Under the pieces are notes generated by a model. That model made no database searches, was not told where the DNA came from, and saw only the letters and a program-made list of their open reading frames with translations. A DNA stretch of 64,000 bases from Acidobacteriota bacterium. Its GTDB lineage: Bacteria > Acidobacteriota > Thermoanaerobaculia > Gp7-AA8. The stretch covers positions 57,773 to 121,772 of the forward strand of contig JAFATB010000010.1 in NCBI GenBank assembly GCA_019244185.1, in the 5' to 3' direction. A program made the position numbers and the translations under genes. Positions 9,932 to 19,211 of this stretch are shown here, in pieces (the first letter of the stretch is position 1; each line of letters begins with the position of its first letter).

Positions 9932-12900
9932 TTAGCGCAGCCGCAGCAGTGCGAGTCCGAAGAGCGCCGCCGCGAGGAAGAGCAGCCCGTACGTGCTCGC
10001 GGTTGGAATCACCGCGGCCGACGCCGCTGCCGCGACGGCGAAGACGGTTGGATTCGTTCCGCCGGCGACGCTCGCGTCATCGGTCACGCCGCTGGTGTCG
10101 TTCGTGCCGTTCGCGTCGCTGTCGTACATGAACGTACCCTGATTGCTGATGAGCGTTCCCGGAGGCGCAGCGGGATTGATCGTCGCGTGAATGGTGATCG
10201 TCACGCTGCCGCCGGCCGCGATTCCGCCGTTCCACGTCACCGTGTTCGTGGCGACAGTGGCGGTCGCGGTGCCGGATGAAGCGGACGCGTTCACGAGCGT
10301 CAGCGCCGCGGGGAGGACGTCGGTGAACTCGTTGCCGGAGTTGTTCGTCTGCGCGCTCGCGCCGCTGTTCGTCAGCACGATCGTGTAGGTCACGGTGCTG
10401 CCGGCCTGGAAGGTGCCGCTCGCGGACTTCGTGCCGTGGACGATGACGCTGGTCGGCGCCACGACGTTCGTCGTCGCGGTCGCGCTCTCGTTGCCGGGCG
10501 CGGGATCGGTCGTCGCGGACGACACGACCGCGGTGTTACTGATGGTCGTACCAGGCGTCACGGCCGCGCCGACGTGCACGACGAGCGTGAAGACGGCGCT
10601 GCCGGGCGGCATCGACGCGAGCGTTGCGGTCACGGTTCCCGTGCCGCCGGCGGCAGGCGTCGTTGCGGACCACGCCGCGGGTTTGCTGAACGACACGAAC
10701 GTGGTGTTCGCGGGCAACGCGTCGGTGAGCGAGACGCCTGTCGCGGTCGACGGACCGGCGTTCGTCACCGTAATCGTGTACGTGAGATCGGCGTTCGGCG
10801 TCACCGGATCGGGTGTCGCGGTCTTGCTGACCGCGAGGTCCGCGGTGACCGACGAGCCGACGGTCGTCGCTGTTTTCGCGGTCTCGTTGCCGGTGTTCGG
10901 ATCGGCGGTCGACGACGTGACCGTGGCGGTGTTGTTGAGGATCGTACCGCTGGAGACCGACGCACCGACGTGCACGACGAGCGTGAAGACGGCGTTGCCG
11001 AGGTCGAAGGAGGCGTTTGTGCAGTTCACGGTGCCCGCGGCGCCGACGGCGGGCGTCGTGCAGCTCCAGCCGCCCGGCGATGCGAGCGAGACGAACGTCG
11101 TGCCGGTCGGCAGCGTGTCGGAGACGGCGAGCGTCGACGCGACGCTCGGTCCGGCATTCGCGACCGTGATCGTGTAGGTCAGATCGTTGTCGGGGGTGAT
11201 CGGATCGGGCGAGCCGCTCTTCGTGATCGAGAGATCCGCGCTCGCGGCGCCGACCGTCGTCGTCTGCGTGGCCGACTCGTTGCCGGTGTTCGGGTCGGAC
11301 GTCGACGACGTCACCGTCGCGGTGTTGGAGAGCACCGTCGCGGGTGCGACCGTCGAGCCGACGTGCACGACGAGCGTGAAGACGGCGTTGCCAGGCGTCA
11401 GCACGCCGATGCTGCACGTGATGCTGCCGTTCGCGCCAACGGCGGGCGTGGTGCACGACCAGCCGCCGGGCGACGCCAGCGAGACGAACGTCGTGCCGGC
11501 CGGCAGGGTGTCCGTGAGCTGCACGCTTGCCGCGTTCGACGGGCCGGCATTCATCGTGGTGATCGTGTACGTCAGGTTCGTGCCCGGCGTCACTGGATCG
11601 ACGTCATCGGTCTTCGTGATGGCGAGATCCGCGGTGGCCGTGCCGAGCGCGGTCGCCGCGGTCGCACTTTCGTTGCCGGGATTCGGGTCGGTGGTGGCCG
11701 ACGTCACGCTTGCGGTGTTGCTGATGGTCGTGGTCTGCGCGGCGTCGACGTTCACGACGAGCGTGAACACCGCATCGCCGACGACGAGCGTAGTCGCGTT
11801 GCACGTCACCGTGCCGCTCGCGCCGACCGCGGGCGTCGTGCACGACCAGCCGGCCGGCGACGCGAGCGAGACGAACGTCGTGCCGCTCGGCAGCGTGTCG
11901 GTCATCGCCAGTGTCGAGGCGACGCTCGGGCCGCCGTTCGTCACCGTGATCGTGTAGGTGAGATTGCTGCCCGGCGTGACGGGATCGGGCGTGTCGACTT
12001 TCGCGATCGAGACGTCGGCGCTCGGCGCATCGACGGTCGTCGACGATGTCGCGCTTTCGTTGCCGGTGTTCGGATCCGCGGTGGCCGAGGTCACGCTCGC
12101 GGTATTGCTGATCGTGCCCGTCTGCGCGGGATCGACATTCACGACGAGCGTGAACGCCGCGTTGCCGGCGGTGAACGATGTCGCGTTGCACGTCACGGTG
12201 CCATTGCTGCCTACGGACGGCATCGTGCAGCTCCAACCGGCGGGAGACGACAGCGAGACGAAGGTCGTGCCGCTCGGCAGCGCGTCGGTGAGCGCGACCG
12301 TCGAGGCGACGCTCGGTCCGGCATTCGCGACGGTGATCGTGTACGTGAGGTCGTTGCCCGGTGTCACCGGATCGGGCGCGTCGGTCTTCGTCACCGAAAG
12401 ATCGGCGCTGGCCGCGCCGACGGTCGTGGTCGACGTTGCGCTGTCGTTGCCGTTGTTCGTATCGGCGGTCGAAGAGCTCACGCTTGCGGTGTTGCTGATC
12501 GTGGAGCTCGCGGTTGCGGCAGGATCGACATTCACGACCAGCGTGAACGACGCGCCGCCGGTGAACGAAGCGATGGTGCACGTGACGGTGCCGCCGTTCC
12601 CGACTACCGGCGTCGTGCAGCTCCAGCCGCCGGGCGACGCGAGCGAGACGAACGTGGTGCCGGCGGGCAGCGTGTCGGTGAGGCTCACCGTCGCGGCCGC
12701 ATCGGGACCGCTGTTCGTCACTCCGATCGAGTAGGTGAGGTTGTTGCCCGGCGTCACCGGATCGGGCGAGTCGGTCTTCGTAACGGAGACATCCGCCGCG
12801 GGAGCGGCCTTGAAGTTGATGCCGACGACCGGCACGCCGGACTGATCGTGCCACACCGAGAACGCGGTCGCCGGCGGCGTGTACGTGCCGGGGAAGAACT

Positions 12901-15900
12901 GAGCATGACTGACGGCGAAGAGTCGCACGTTGCCCGAAATCGTGGCGCCGGAGTTGATGGTGAAGAGCGCCGTCGGACTGAAGTTCGGCGGCAGCGGATT
13001 CGCGTCGTCGGCGACGAGGTCGACGTTCGACGAGCCGTTGTTGGTGATGCTCGCGCCGATGGTGAGGTCGTCGCTGGAGATAGCCTGCACGCGGTTCGCG
13101 ACCGCCGCCGGCACGACCAGCGGCTGCTGCACGATGAGGTTGCCGTCGCTGCCGCTGCCGCGCACGTTCAGCGTCACTTCGCCGCCGACCGCGTTGTCCG
13201 TTTCGTCCGCAGCGTCTCCGACGAAGCGCGGCCAGAACTGGGCATCGCTGATCGTGGCGTTCGTCGCGCCGGGGCCGGCGACGAAGTCGAGCGTGCCGGT
13301 GGTCAGCGAGACCGGCGCGCTGCTCAGCGTGCCGAGCGTGCGATGGCCGAGCCACCACATGTTCGGCGGGTTCGGCAGCGCGGGCACGTCGACGAGGCTC
13401 GTCTCGCCGGTGACGGTGATGCTGCAGCTGCCGGTGACGCCTGCCTGCGTCGGTCCGAAGCCGCTGCCGTTGAAGGGCGCGCCGCCGTGGCCGACCTGCG
13501 CGTAGTCAGTGCCCTGATCGTCGGTGCCGGCGAGCACGTCGAGATTCGTATGAGCGATCACCGAGAGAGCGCCGGAGAGCGGTCCTTGCGTCGCGGCGTC
13601 GTTGCCGTCCTGATAAATCTCACCGCCATGACCGATCTGCGCGTAGCCGATGAGCGATGGTCCGCCCTGGACGAGCACATGATTGGCTTCGACGGTGAGC
13701 GCACCGCTCGCGCTCGTGAGCGTCGCCCCGCCCTGCAGTCCGTAGGTGCCGCCGCCGTTTCCGATCTGCGCGTACGCGGCGAGATTGCTTCCCGCGCGCA
13801 CTTCCACATCGCCGTCCGCGGTGATGGTGATCGCGCCGCTCACCGCTCCGCGTACCGCGGTTTTGCCGGCGACATTTCCGTTGATGCCGCCGCCGTGACC
13901 GATCTGCGCGTACGTCAGCGAACGCACCGAGACATCGGAGCCGCCGGTGACGTGCACGTAACCTGTCGCGTGGATGGCGATGTCGCCGGTCGCGGCGCCG
14001 GTCTGGCCGACGCCATACAGCACGCCACCGTGGCCGATCTGGCCGGTGCCGGAGTGGGTGCCGGCGAACACGGCGAGGTTCGCCGCGTTCACATGAATGT
14101 CGCCTGTCTGCGTGCCGAGCGTGGCTGGCGCGAGCGCGGCGTTGCCGGAATCGGTGGTGGTCACGATGTTGCCGCCATGGCCGATCATCACGTCGCCGAG
14201 TCCGAACTGCGGGCGGTTGTCGAGGGTGACGTCGCCGCTGATGTCGACGGTGATGTTGCCCGAGAGATTGCCCTGATGGGAGGCGCCGAAGCGCACGCCG
14301 CCTCCGTGGCCGATCTGCACGTAGGTCGCGGAGCCGGACCCGCCGGCGCCGGTCATCGACAGCGACGCGCCGGTGACGCTGATGTCGCCGCCGGCGGTTC
14401 CGCGCGTGGCGCCCTGACGGAGGTCGCCGCCGTGTCCGATCTGACAATAGCCGAGCGACTTGCCGCCCAGCATCGTGATCGCGCCCGCGACGGTGACGTC
14501 GATGGCGCCGGCCAGATTGCCCTGGTTCACGCCCACGGATTGCGCGATGTCGACCGGTCCGCCGTGTCCGATCTGCGCGTAGCGGAACCGATCGATGCCC
14601 TGAGCGGCGGTCATGGTCAGCGTGCCTTTTGCGGCGACGTGGATCGGACCGTTCGCGCTGTCGTTGGCGACGATGATGTGATATCCAATCATTCCGAACG
14701 AGTCGCTGAGCACCGCGGCCGTGCTGCCGAGCACCGAAACGTTGCGTGCGCGAACCGCGGTCGCCTGCTGGCGGCTGCCGAACGCGGCGCCCGGCGCGAA
14801 GAGCGTCGTGCCGGTGCCCATGACGAACGCGTCGCCGGTGCCGTTGCCGTAGGCACTCGCCGCGACGACCGCGCCGTCGATGCCGGTGGTCGTCGTGCCG
14901 TCCCATCCGGCGATGCCGGCGACCGAACCCGCGCCTGCGTTCTGCACCGCGCGCTGCACGATGAGATCGTCGTGCGCGAGCAGCCACAGGCTGTGCGCGG
15001 AGTTCCATACGACTTCCGCCTCGACGGAGATGTCGCCGTCGGTCGTGTCGCCGGTGATCGCCGCCTGCAGTCCCGTTCCCGGTCCGGCGGCGCTGGTGGT
15101 GTGCACGATGACGTCGTTCGTGGCGAGGAGCGCGACGAGATTGCCGGCGTCGAGCTGGCCCGTCGCGGCGCTGGGGCTGACGTCGCCGCCTGCCACGCTG
15201 ATGCCGGTGTTCGTCCCGCTGAAGCTGCCGATGATGATGTTCGTCGGATCGAGCCGCACCACGCCGCCGCCGGTGTCGGCGTGCGAGGTGAACGCGAACG
15301 CGCGCCGCGCCTCGACCTCGATGCGGCCGCGTCCGAGGGCGCGCAATGTGCCGCGCGACCGGACGTCTGAAGCGTGCAGCAGAATGCGTCCGCCGTCTCC
15401 CTCCGCACCGCTGGCGTCGATCGTTGCGCGCGCGTCGATGTCGATGCCATCCGTGCCGATCAGCGTCAGCTCGCCGCCCGCACCATCGCGACGCGCGAGG
15501 TCGAGCTGGGTCGCGCCGCGGAGCGCGATGTTCCGCGCTTCGAGCCGCAGATGCGAGCCCGGCCCGTCCAGGCGGCAGTCGTCCGCGCGAATGTCGCCGC
15601 GCGAATGAATGCGAAAGGTTCCGGACGGCAACGACCAGCGACCCTCGAGGCGCGCGCTGTCCTGCAGTTCGAGTTCCGCGGTGCCATGTTGCCGGGCAAC
15701 GGCCGCGATCAAACGCGGGTCGAGCGCGACGTCGTCTGGCATCGCATCGACTTCCACCCGCCCGTTCCGGACGTGTAGCTCCGCGGCCGTCAGTTGCCGC
15801 ACGCCTGCCGGCGGCCGCACGGTGAGGTGCACCTCGGCACCGTACAGAAAGGGGGCCACCAGAAAGGACAGGAGGAGGGAAATCCAGGCGGCAGGGCGCA

Positions 15901-15910
15901 GACCATTCAT
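9932..15910 (-). CDS. 1992-aa surface protein: FHA-like beta-helical region with QIGHGG repeats, 7 DUF11 domains, IPTL-CTERM anchor
   Basis: Signal peptide; IDASG..GGRI and VRLDPTNIII; repeated ADLSxTK..PDPVTPG..LTY; C-terminus IPTASTYGLLFLAAALFGLALLRLR; SD GAAGGAG. Confidence 0.85.
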   Translation of the reverse strand: MNGLRPAAWISLLLSFLVAPFLYGAEVHLTVRPPAGVRQLTAAELHVRNGRVEVDAMPDDVALDPRLIAAVARQHGTAELELQDSARLEGRWSLPSGTFRIHSRGDIRADDCRLDGPGSHLRLEARNIALRGATQLDLARRDGAGGELTLIGTDGIDIDARATIDASGAEGDGGRILLHASDVRSRGTLRALGRGRIEVEARRAFAFTSHADTGGGVVRLDPTNIIIGSFSGTNTGISVAGGDVSPSAATGQLDAGNLVALLATNDVIVHTTSAAGPGTGLQAAITGDTTDGDISVEAEVVWNSAHSLWLLAHDDLIVQRAVQNAGAGSVAGIAGWDGTTTTGIDGAVVAASAYGNGTGDAFVMGTGTTLFAPGAAFGSRQQATAVRARNVSVLGSTAAVLSDSFGMIGYHIIVANDSANGPIHVAAKGTLTMTAAQGIDRFRYAQIGHGGPVDIAQSVGVNQGNLAGAIDVTVAGAITMLGGKSLGYCQIGHGGDLRQGATRGTAGGDISVTGASLSMTGAGGSGSATYVQIGHGGGVRFGASHQGNLSGNITVDISGDVTLDNRPQFGLGDVMIGHGGNIVTTTDSGNAALAPATLGTQTGDIHVNAANLAVFAGTHSGTGQIGHGGVLYGVGQTGAATGDIAIHATGYVHVTGGSDVSVRSLTYAQIGHGGGINGNVAGKTAVRGAVSGAITITADGDVEVRAGSNLAAYAQIGNGGGTYGLQGGATLTSASGALTVEANHVLVQGGPSLIGYAQIGHGGEIYQDGNDAATQGPLSGALSVIAHTNLDVLAGTDDQGTDYAQVGHGGAPFNGSGFGPTQAGVTGSCSITVTGETSLVDVPALPNPPNMWWLGHRTLGTLSSAPVSLTTGTLDFVAGPGATNATISDAQFWPRFVGDAADETDNAVGGEVTLNVRGSGSDGNLIVQQPLVVPAAVANRVQAISSDDLTIGASITNNGSSNVDLVADDANPLPPNFSPTALFTINSGATISGNVRLFAVSHAQFFPGTYTPPATAFSVWHDQSGVPVVGINFKAAPAADVSVTKTDSPDPVTPGNNLTYSIGVTNSGPDAAATVSLTDTLPAGTTFVSLASPGGWSCTTPVVGNGGTVTCTIASFTGGASFTLVVNVDPAATASSTISNTASVSSSTADTNNGNDSATSTTTVGAASADLSVTKTDAPDPVTPGNDLTYTITVANAGPSVASTVALTDALPSGTTFVSLSSPAGWSCTMPSVGSNGTVTCNATSFTAGNAAFTLVVNVDPAQTGTISNTASVTSATADPNTGNESATSSTTVDAPSADVSIAKVDTPDPVTPGSNLTYTITVTNGGPSVASTLAMTDTLPSGTTFVSLASPAGWSCTTPAVGASGTVTCNATTLVVGDAVFTLVVNVDAAQTTTISNTASVTSATTDPNPGNESATAATALGTATADLAITKTDDVDPVTPGTNLTYTITTMNAGPSNAASVQLTDTLPAGTTFVSLASPGGWSCTTPAVGANGSITCSIGVLTPGNAVFTLVVHVGSTVAPATVLSNTATVTSSTSDPNTGNESATQTTTVGAASADLSITKSGSPDPITPDNDLTYTITVANAGPSVASTLAVSDTLPTGTTFVSLASPGGWSCTTPAVGAAGTVNCTNASFDLGNAVFTLVVHVGASVSSGTILNNTATVTSSTADPNTGNETAKTATTVGSSVTADLAVSKTATPDPVTPNADLTYTITVTNAGPSTATGVSLTDALPANTTFVSFSKPAAWSATTPAAGGTGTVTATLASMPPGSAVFTLVVHVGAAVTPGTTISNTAVVSSATTDPAPGNESATATTNVVAPTSVIVHGTKSASGTFQAGSTVTYTIVLTNSGASAQTNNSGNEFTDVLPAALTLVNASASSGTATATVATNTVTWNGGIAAGGSVTITIHATINPAAPPGTLISNQGTFMYDSDANGTNDTSGVTDDASVAGGTNPTVFAVAAAASAAVIPTASTYGLLFLAAALFGLALLRLR
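10030..12800 (-). repeat. Tandem intragenic DUF11 domain repeats (about 380 bp each; six similar, one divergent)
   Basis: Recurring TFVSLASPGGWSCTTPAVG and NTASVTSATADPNTGNESAT units. Confidence 0.85.
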
Positions 15911-15912
15911 TA

Positions 15913-15998
15913 CGTAACTCCTTCAATCACCGTGGGATACGGGGGCCTGACCCGTCCACGGTAGGTGCAGCCGCGCTCGGCGGCGGTTACGAAGGAGT
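15913..15998 (-). promoter_or_regulatory. Structured 5' leader that can sequester the SD of the giant surface-protein gene
   Basis: ACUCCUUC (15998-15991) is complementary to SD GAAGGAGU (15924-15917); inner stems ACCGUGG/CCACGGU and ACGGG/CCCGU. Confidence 0.45.
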
Positions 15999-16033
15999 GA
16001 GCGTGTTGCGAACGAACGGACGCACGGATCGGG

Positions 16034-16861
16034 TCACGCTGTAGCGCCGCCGGCGTCGCCGGTCACGCGCAATCGCTGCGCGCGAATGCGGCGGATGCGG
16101 CGGAAGGTCTCGTACGCGACGGTGGCGATGGCGAACCAGAGCAGGCCCGCGGCGAGACCGGCGCAGACGTCGGAGAACCAGTGCACGCCGAGGTAGACGC
16201 GGGAGATGCAGATGCCGGCGGTGAGCGACCACGCGAATGCGAGCGCGGTGGCGCGCGTGCGCCAGCCGTGCAGCAGGCGGAATGCGACGTAGCTCAGCGC
16301 GCCGAACGCGACGGCGGAGCCCATCGCGTGGCCGCTCGGAAACGAGTAGCCGTGCGCGCGGCGCAGCGCCTCCGCGAGCTCGGGACGCGCGCGCGCGAAG
16401 TAGAGCTTCAGCTCGAGATTGATCAAACCGCCGAGGGCCGTCGTGGTGACGACGTACACGCCCCACGCGAGATGTTTGCGCAGCGCGAGCAGCACGCCGG
16501 CGACGATGACGATGCCGGCCACGACGCCCGGCGTGCCGATGATCGTCAGCGTGACGAAGAATGTGGTCGCGCCCTGCGAGCGCGTCGTCGCCGCCCACGC
16601 GTGCATCTCGGTGTCCATGTGCTCGAGGCGCGGCGCGTTTGCGTGCACGCGCTCGGCGATGTCGAGAAACGCGTCGCCCGCGATCGCGGTGATGACGAGG
16701 CCCGCCGCGACGATGACGAGCACGGGCAGGTAATCGCGATAGCGGAAGTGTGTCGTCCAGCGCGAGGTGACCGCGAGCACCCGCGCCAGCGCGGGACCAG
16801 TCGCATAGAAGAACGTCCAGAGGATGACGAAGAGCAGCGCGAAGAGGAGGATGAAGAGCAA
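16034..16861 (-). CDS. PAP2 family membrane phosphatase
   Basis: KLYFARARP, YSFPSGHA, SRVYLGVHWFSDV. Confidence 0.92.
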   Translation of the reverse strand: MLFILLFALLFVILWTFFYATGPALARVLAVTSRWTTHFRYRDYLPVLVIVAAGLVITAIAGDAFLDIAERVHANAPRLEHMDTEMHAWAATTRSQGATTFFVTLTIIGTPGVVAGIVIVAGVLLALRKHLAWGVYVVTTTALGGLINLELKLYFARARPELAEALRRAHGYSFPSGHAMGSAVAFGALSYVAFRLLHGWRTRATALAFAWSLTAGICISRVYLGVHWFSDVCAGLAAGLLWFAIATVAYETFRRIRRIRAQRLRVTGDAGGATA

Positions 16862-16872
16862 ACGTGCGCAGT

Positions 16873-18486
16873 TTATCTGCTGCGCGCGGCGTAGATGGCT
16901 TTCAATTCATCGATGCGCCCCTGCACCGAGTCGAGCGCGTCCGTGACCCAGCGCGCATCGTGGATGTCGATGCCGGCGCGCCGCAGCAGGACGTCCGGCG
17001 CGTCGACGGCGCCGCTCGCGAAGAGCGTGCGGTACGCGGGGAGGAACGCGTTCGGATCGCGCACGTACCGCGCGTACAAGGCGAGCGAGAGCAACCCCGC
17101 CAGCGTGTAGTTGACGTCGTAGAACGGGTCGTCCCACATCAGCCGCACGTTCGTCCACTTCAGCTCGCGCGGCAGATAGCGCGCGCCGACGCGTTGCGCG
17201 AGCGCGTCGATCGCATCGGCATCGCGAATCGTTCCCGCCGCGACGCCGTCGTACAGCTCCTGCTCGAGCGCCGCCTCGGCCGCGGTGACGAACACGATGC
17301 CCATGCCTTTCGACTCGAGGAACTGCTCGAGGAAGAACGCCTTTCGCGCGGGATCCTGCTCGCGGTCCGCAAGCCACGCGGGCAGGAGCAGTTCGTTGAA
17401 CATGGCGAACGTTTCGGCGAGGAACTTCGGCTGCCCGGCGATCGACACCGGCGCGACACCGCGACGTCCTTCGAGCTCCGACTGCAGCGCGTGCGTCGAC
17501 TCGTGCGCCACGACGCGCATGTCGTTGAACGTGCCGTTGAACGCGGGCATGAAGAAGACGCTCGGAAATCCGGGGAAGCCTTTCGAGAAACCGCCGCGCC
17601 GTCGATGCTCGCCCGGTCCGGCGTCGAAACGCCCGTTCGCCGGATCGAGCAGCGCGTTCAGCTCCGTCACGTATTCGGCGCCGTTCGGCGCCAGCGCCCG
17701 CGGCAGGATTGCGCGCACTTCGTCGAACGTGAACTTCGGCGCGACGGCAACATCCGCATGCGCCGCGCGCATCGCGGCGTACTGCTTGTAGCGCTCCGCC
17801 TCGCGCGCCAGCGCGTCGAGCAATCGCGTGACGTCCGCTTTCGCGAGTCCGCTCCGCGCGTAGACCTCGGACGCCGCGTCGTCGTAGCCGCGCAGTTTCG
17901 CGACGGCGTTCCGCGCACGCGCCAGCGCGACGAGCGAGAACGCGTAGAGCTCGCGCTTGTCCGCCGCGGACGCTGCGCTCGCGTCGAGACGATCTTTGAG
18001 ATCGGCTTGCCAGGTCGTGGTGAACGGCTCGAGCGTCGCCACGACGTCTTCCTGCGCCTGCGCGAGCCGGTGCTTCGCCTGTTCGCGCGCGACCGCGAAG
18101 AACCAGCGATACCGCGCCGGCACGCGCGACTCCGGCACCTTCGCCGCCTCGGCCGCGAAGAACGCGGTGTGCTGGTCGTACTCCGCGGAAAGCGTTTCCT
18201 CCGCTTCTTTCGCGCGCGCGTTCGTCGTGTCGACCGCGGCGCGCAGATAGAGATACGCGTCGAGCCGCTGCACCGCGCGCTCGAGCGCGTCGAAGCGTGC
18301 AGCCGCTTCCGCGGGATCATCCGCGACGTGCCCGCGCAAGGCGTCGAAGCGCGCGAGCGCGGCGCGGTAGTCGCTCCATTGCTGCTCTTCCGGCGGGAAC
18401 ACGCGACCGAAGTCGAGGTGCTGCGCGTGCAGTCCTGTCGCAAACAGCATCGCCGCGAACAGGAGAATCGCGAGCAGGCGGCTCAT
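16873..18486 (-). CDS. Secreted M3 family (oligoendopeptidase F-like) metallopeptidase
   Basis: Signal peptide; VAHESTHA zinc motif, downstream AETFAMFNE; PFYDVNY. Confidence 0.8.
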   Translation of the reverse strand: MSRLLAILLFAAMLFATGLHAQHLDFGRVFPPEEQQWSDYRAALARFDALRGHVADDPAEAAARFDALERAVQRLDAYLYLRAAVDTTNARAKEAEETLSAEYDQHTAFFAAEAAKVPESRVPARYRWFFAVAREQAKHRLAQAQEDVVATLEPFTTTWQADLKDRLDASAASAADKRELYAFSLVALARARNAVAKLRGYDDAASEVYARSGLAKADVTRLLDALAREAERYKQYAAMRAAHADVAVAPKFTFDEVRAILPRALAPNGAEYVTELNALLDPANGRFDAGPGEHRRRGGFSKGFPGFPSVFFMPAFNGTFNDMRVVAHESTHALQSELEGRRGVAPVSIAGQPKFLAETFAMFNELLLPAWLADREQDPARKAFFLEQFLESKGMGIVFVTAAEAALEQELYDGVAAGTIRDADAIDALAQRVGARYLPRELKWTNVRLMWDDPFYDVNYTLAGLLSLALYARYVRDPNAFLPAYRTLFASGAVDAPDVLLRRAGIDIHDARWVTDALDSVQGRIDELKAIYAARSR

Positions 18487-18512
18487 GCCGCAACGCTACG
18501 CCGCGCTCGCGT

Positions 18513-19211
18513 TCAGTTCTTGGAGAAAACACGCGCGCGGCGGTACGCGCGCGGCGTCATGCCGGTGCAGCGGCGGAATGCGTTCGAGAGATGGCTCTGG
18601 TCGTAGAAGCCGCACGCGAGCGCGACGTCGGCGAGCGACTCGCCGCGCAGGATCGCGCGACGCGCACGTTGCACGCGCGTGGCCAGGAGGAACTCGATCG
18701 GATTGCAGCCGTACGCCGCGCGGAACGCGCGCGTGAGCGTCGCCGGATGCAGTTCGACCGCGGCGGCGATGTCGCTGATGCGCAGCGGTTCGTCGAAGCG
18801 CGAGGCGAGCAACGCGCGCGCCTCGCGAACGCGCGCATCGTGTGCGGCGCCGTCGGGATGGAGCAGCTCGCCGAGGATCTGCAAGAGGACGCCGTGGGCG
18901 AGCGCTTGCGACACCGAGTCATTGCGGCGCAGCTCGCGCGCGAGGCGCGGCACGAGTGCGGTCGTGCCGAGACGCGTCGAGGGTGGAGGGGTGTCGACTT
19001 CGAGGGCGACGTAGCGCGTCGGCGCGAGGAAGCGGTCGGCGTGTGTTTCCTCGGCGGCGCGGAGGATCACCGTCGCGGCGTCGCAGTTGCGCGTGCGGCG
19101 GCCGCAGGTCTCGTCGAACGCGCCTTCGAGCACGACCACGAGGTGCGCGGAGGCGTGCGCGTGCGGCACGAGGCGTTCGCCCGCGCGCCAGGTGGACTCG
19201 AGGAAGGGCAT
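18513..19211 (-). CDS. AraC family transcriptional regulator
   Basis: Cupin PHAHASAHLVVVLEGAF; C-terminal LADVALACGFYDQSHLSNAFRRCTGMTPRAYR; TGATG coupling to the upstream gene. Confidence 0.92.
   Translation of the reverse strand: MPFLESTWRAGERLVPHAHASAHLVVVLEGAFDETCGRRTRNCDAATVILRAAEETHADRFLAPTRYVALEVDTPPPSTRLGTTALVPRLARELRRNDSVSQALAHGVLLQILGELLHPDGAAHDARVREARALLASRFDEPLRISDIAAAVELHPATLTRAFRAAYGCNPIEFLLATRVQRARRAILRGESLADVALACGFYDQSHLSNAFRRCTGMTPRAYRRARVFSKN

Noticed and set aside
10436-15370. 1644-aa plus-strand ORF and other long ORFs overlapping the giant gene
   Set aside because: Arg/Gly-rich antisense shadows of a GC-rich gene, with no recognisable motifs
15911-16033. c-di-GMP-I riboswitch upstream of the adhesin gene
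   Set aside because: Lacks the GCAAA/GNRA-receptor signature, and the superficial resemblance is on the wrong strand
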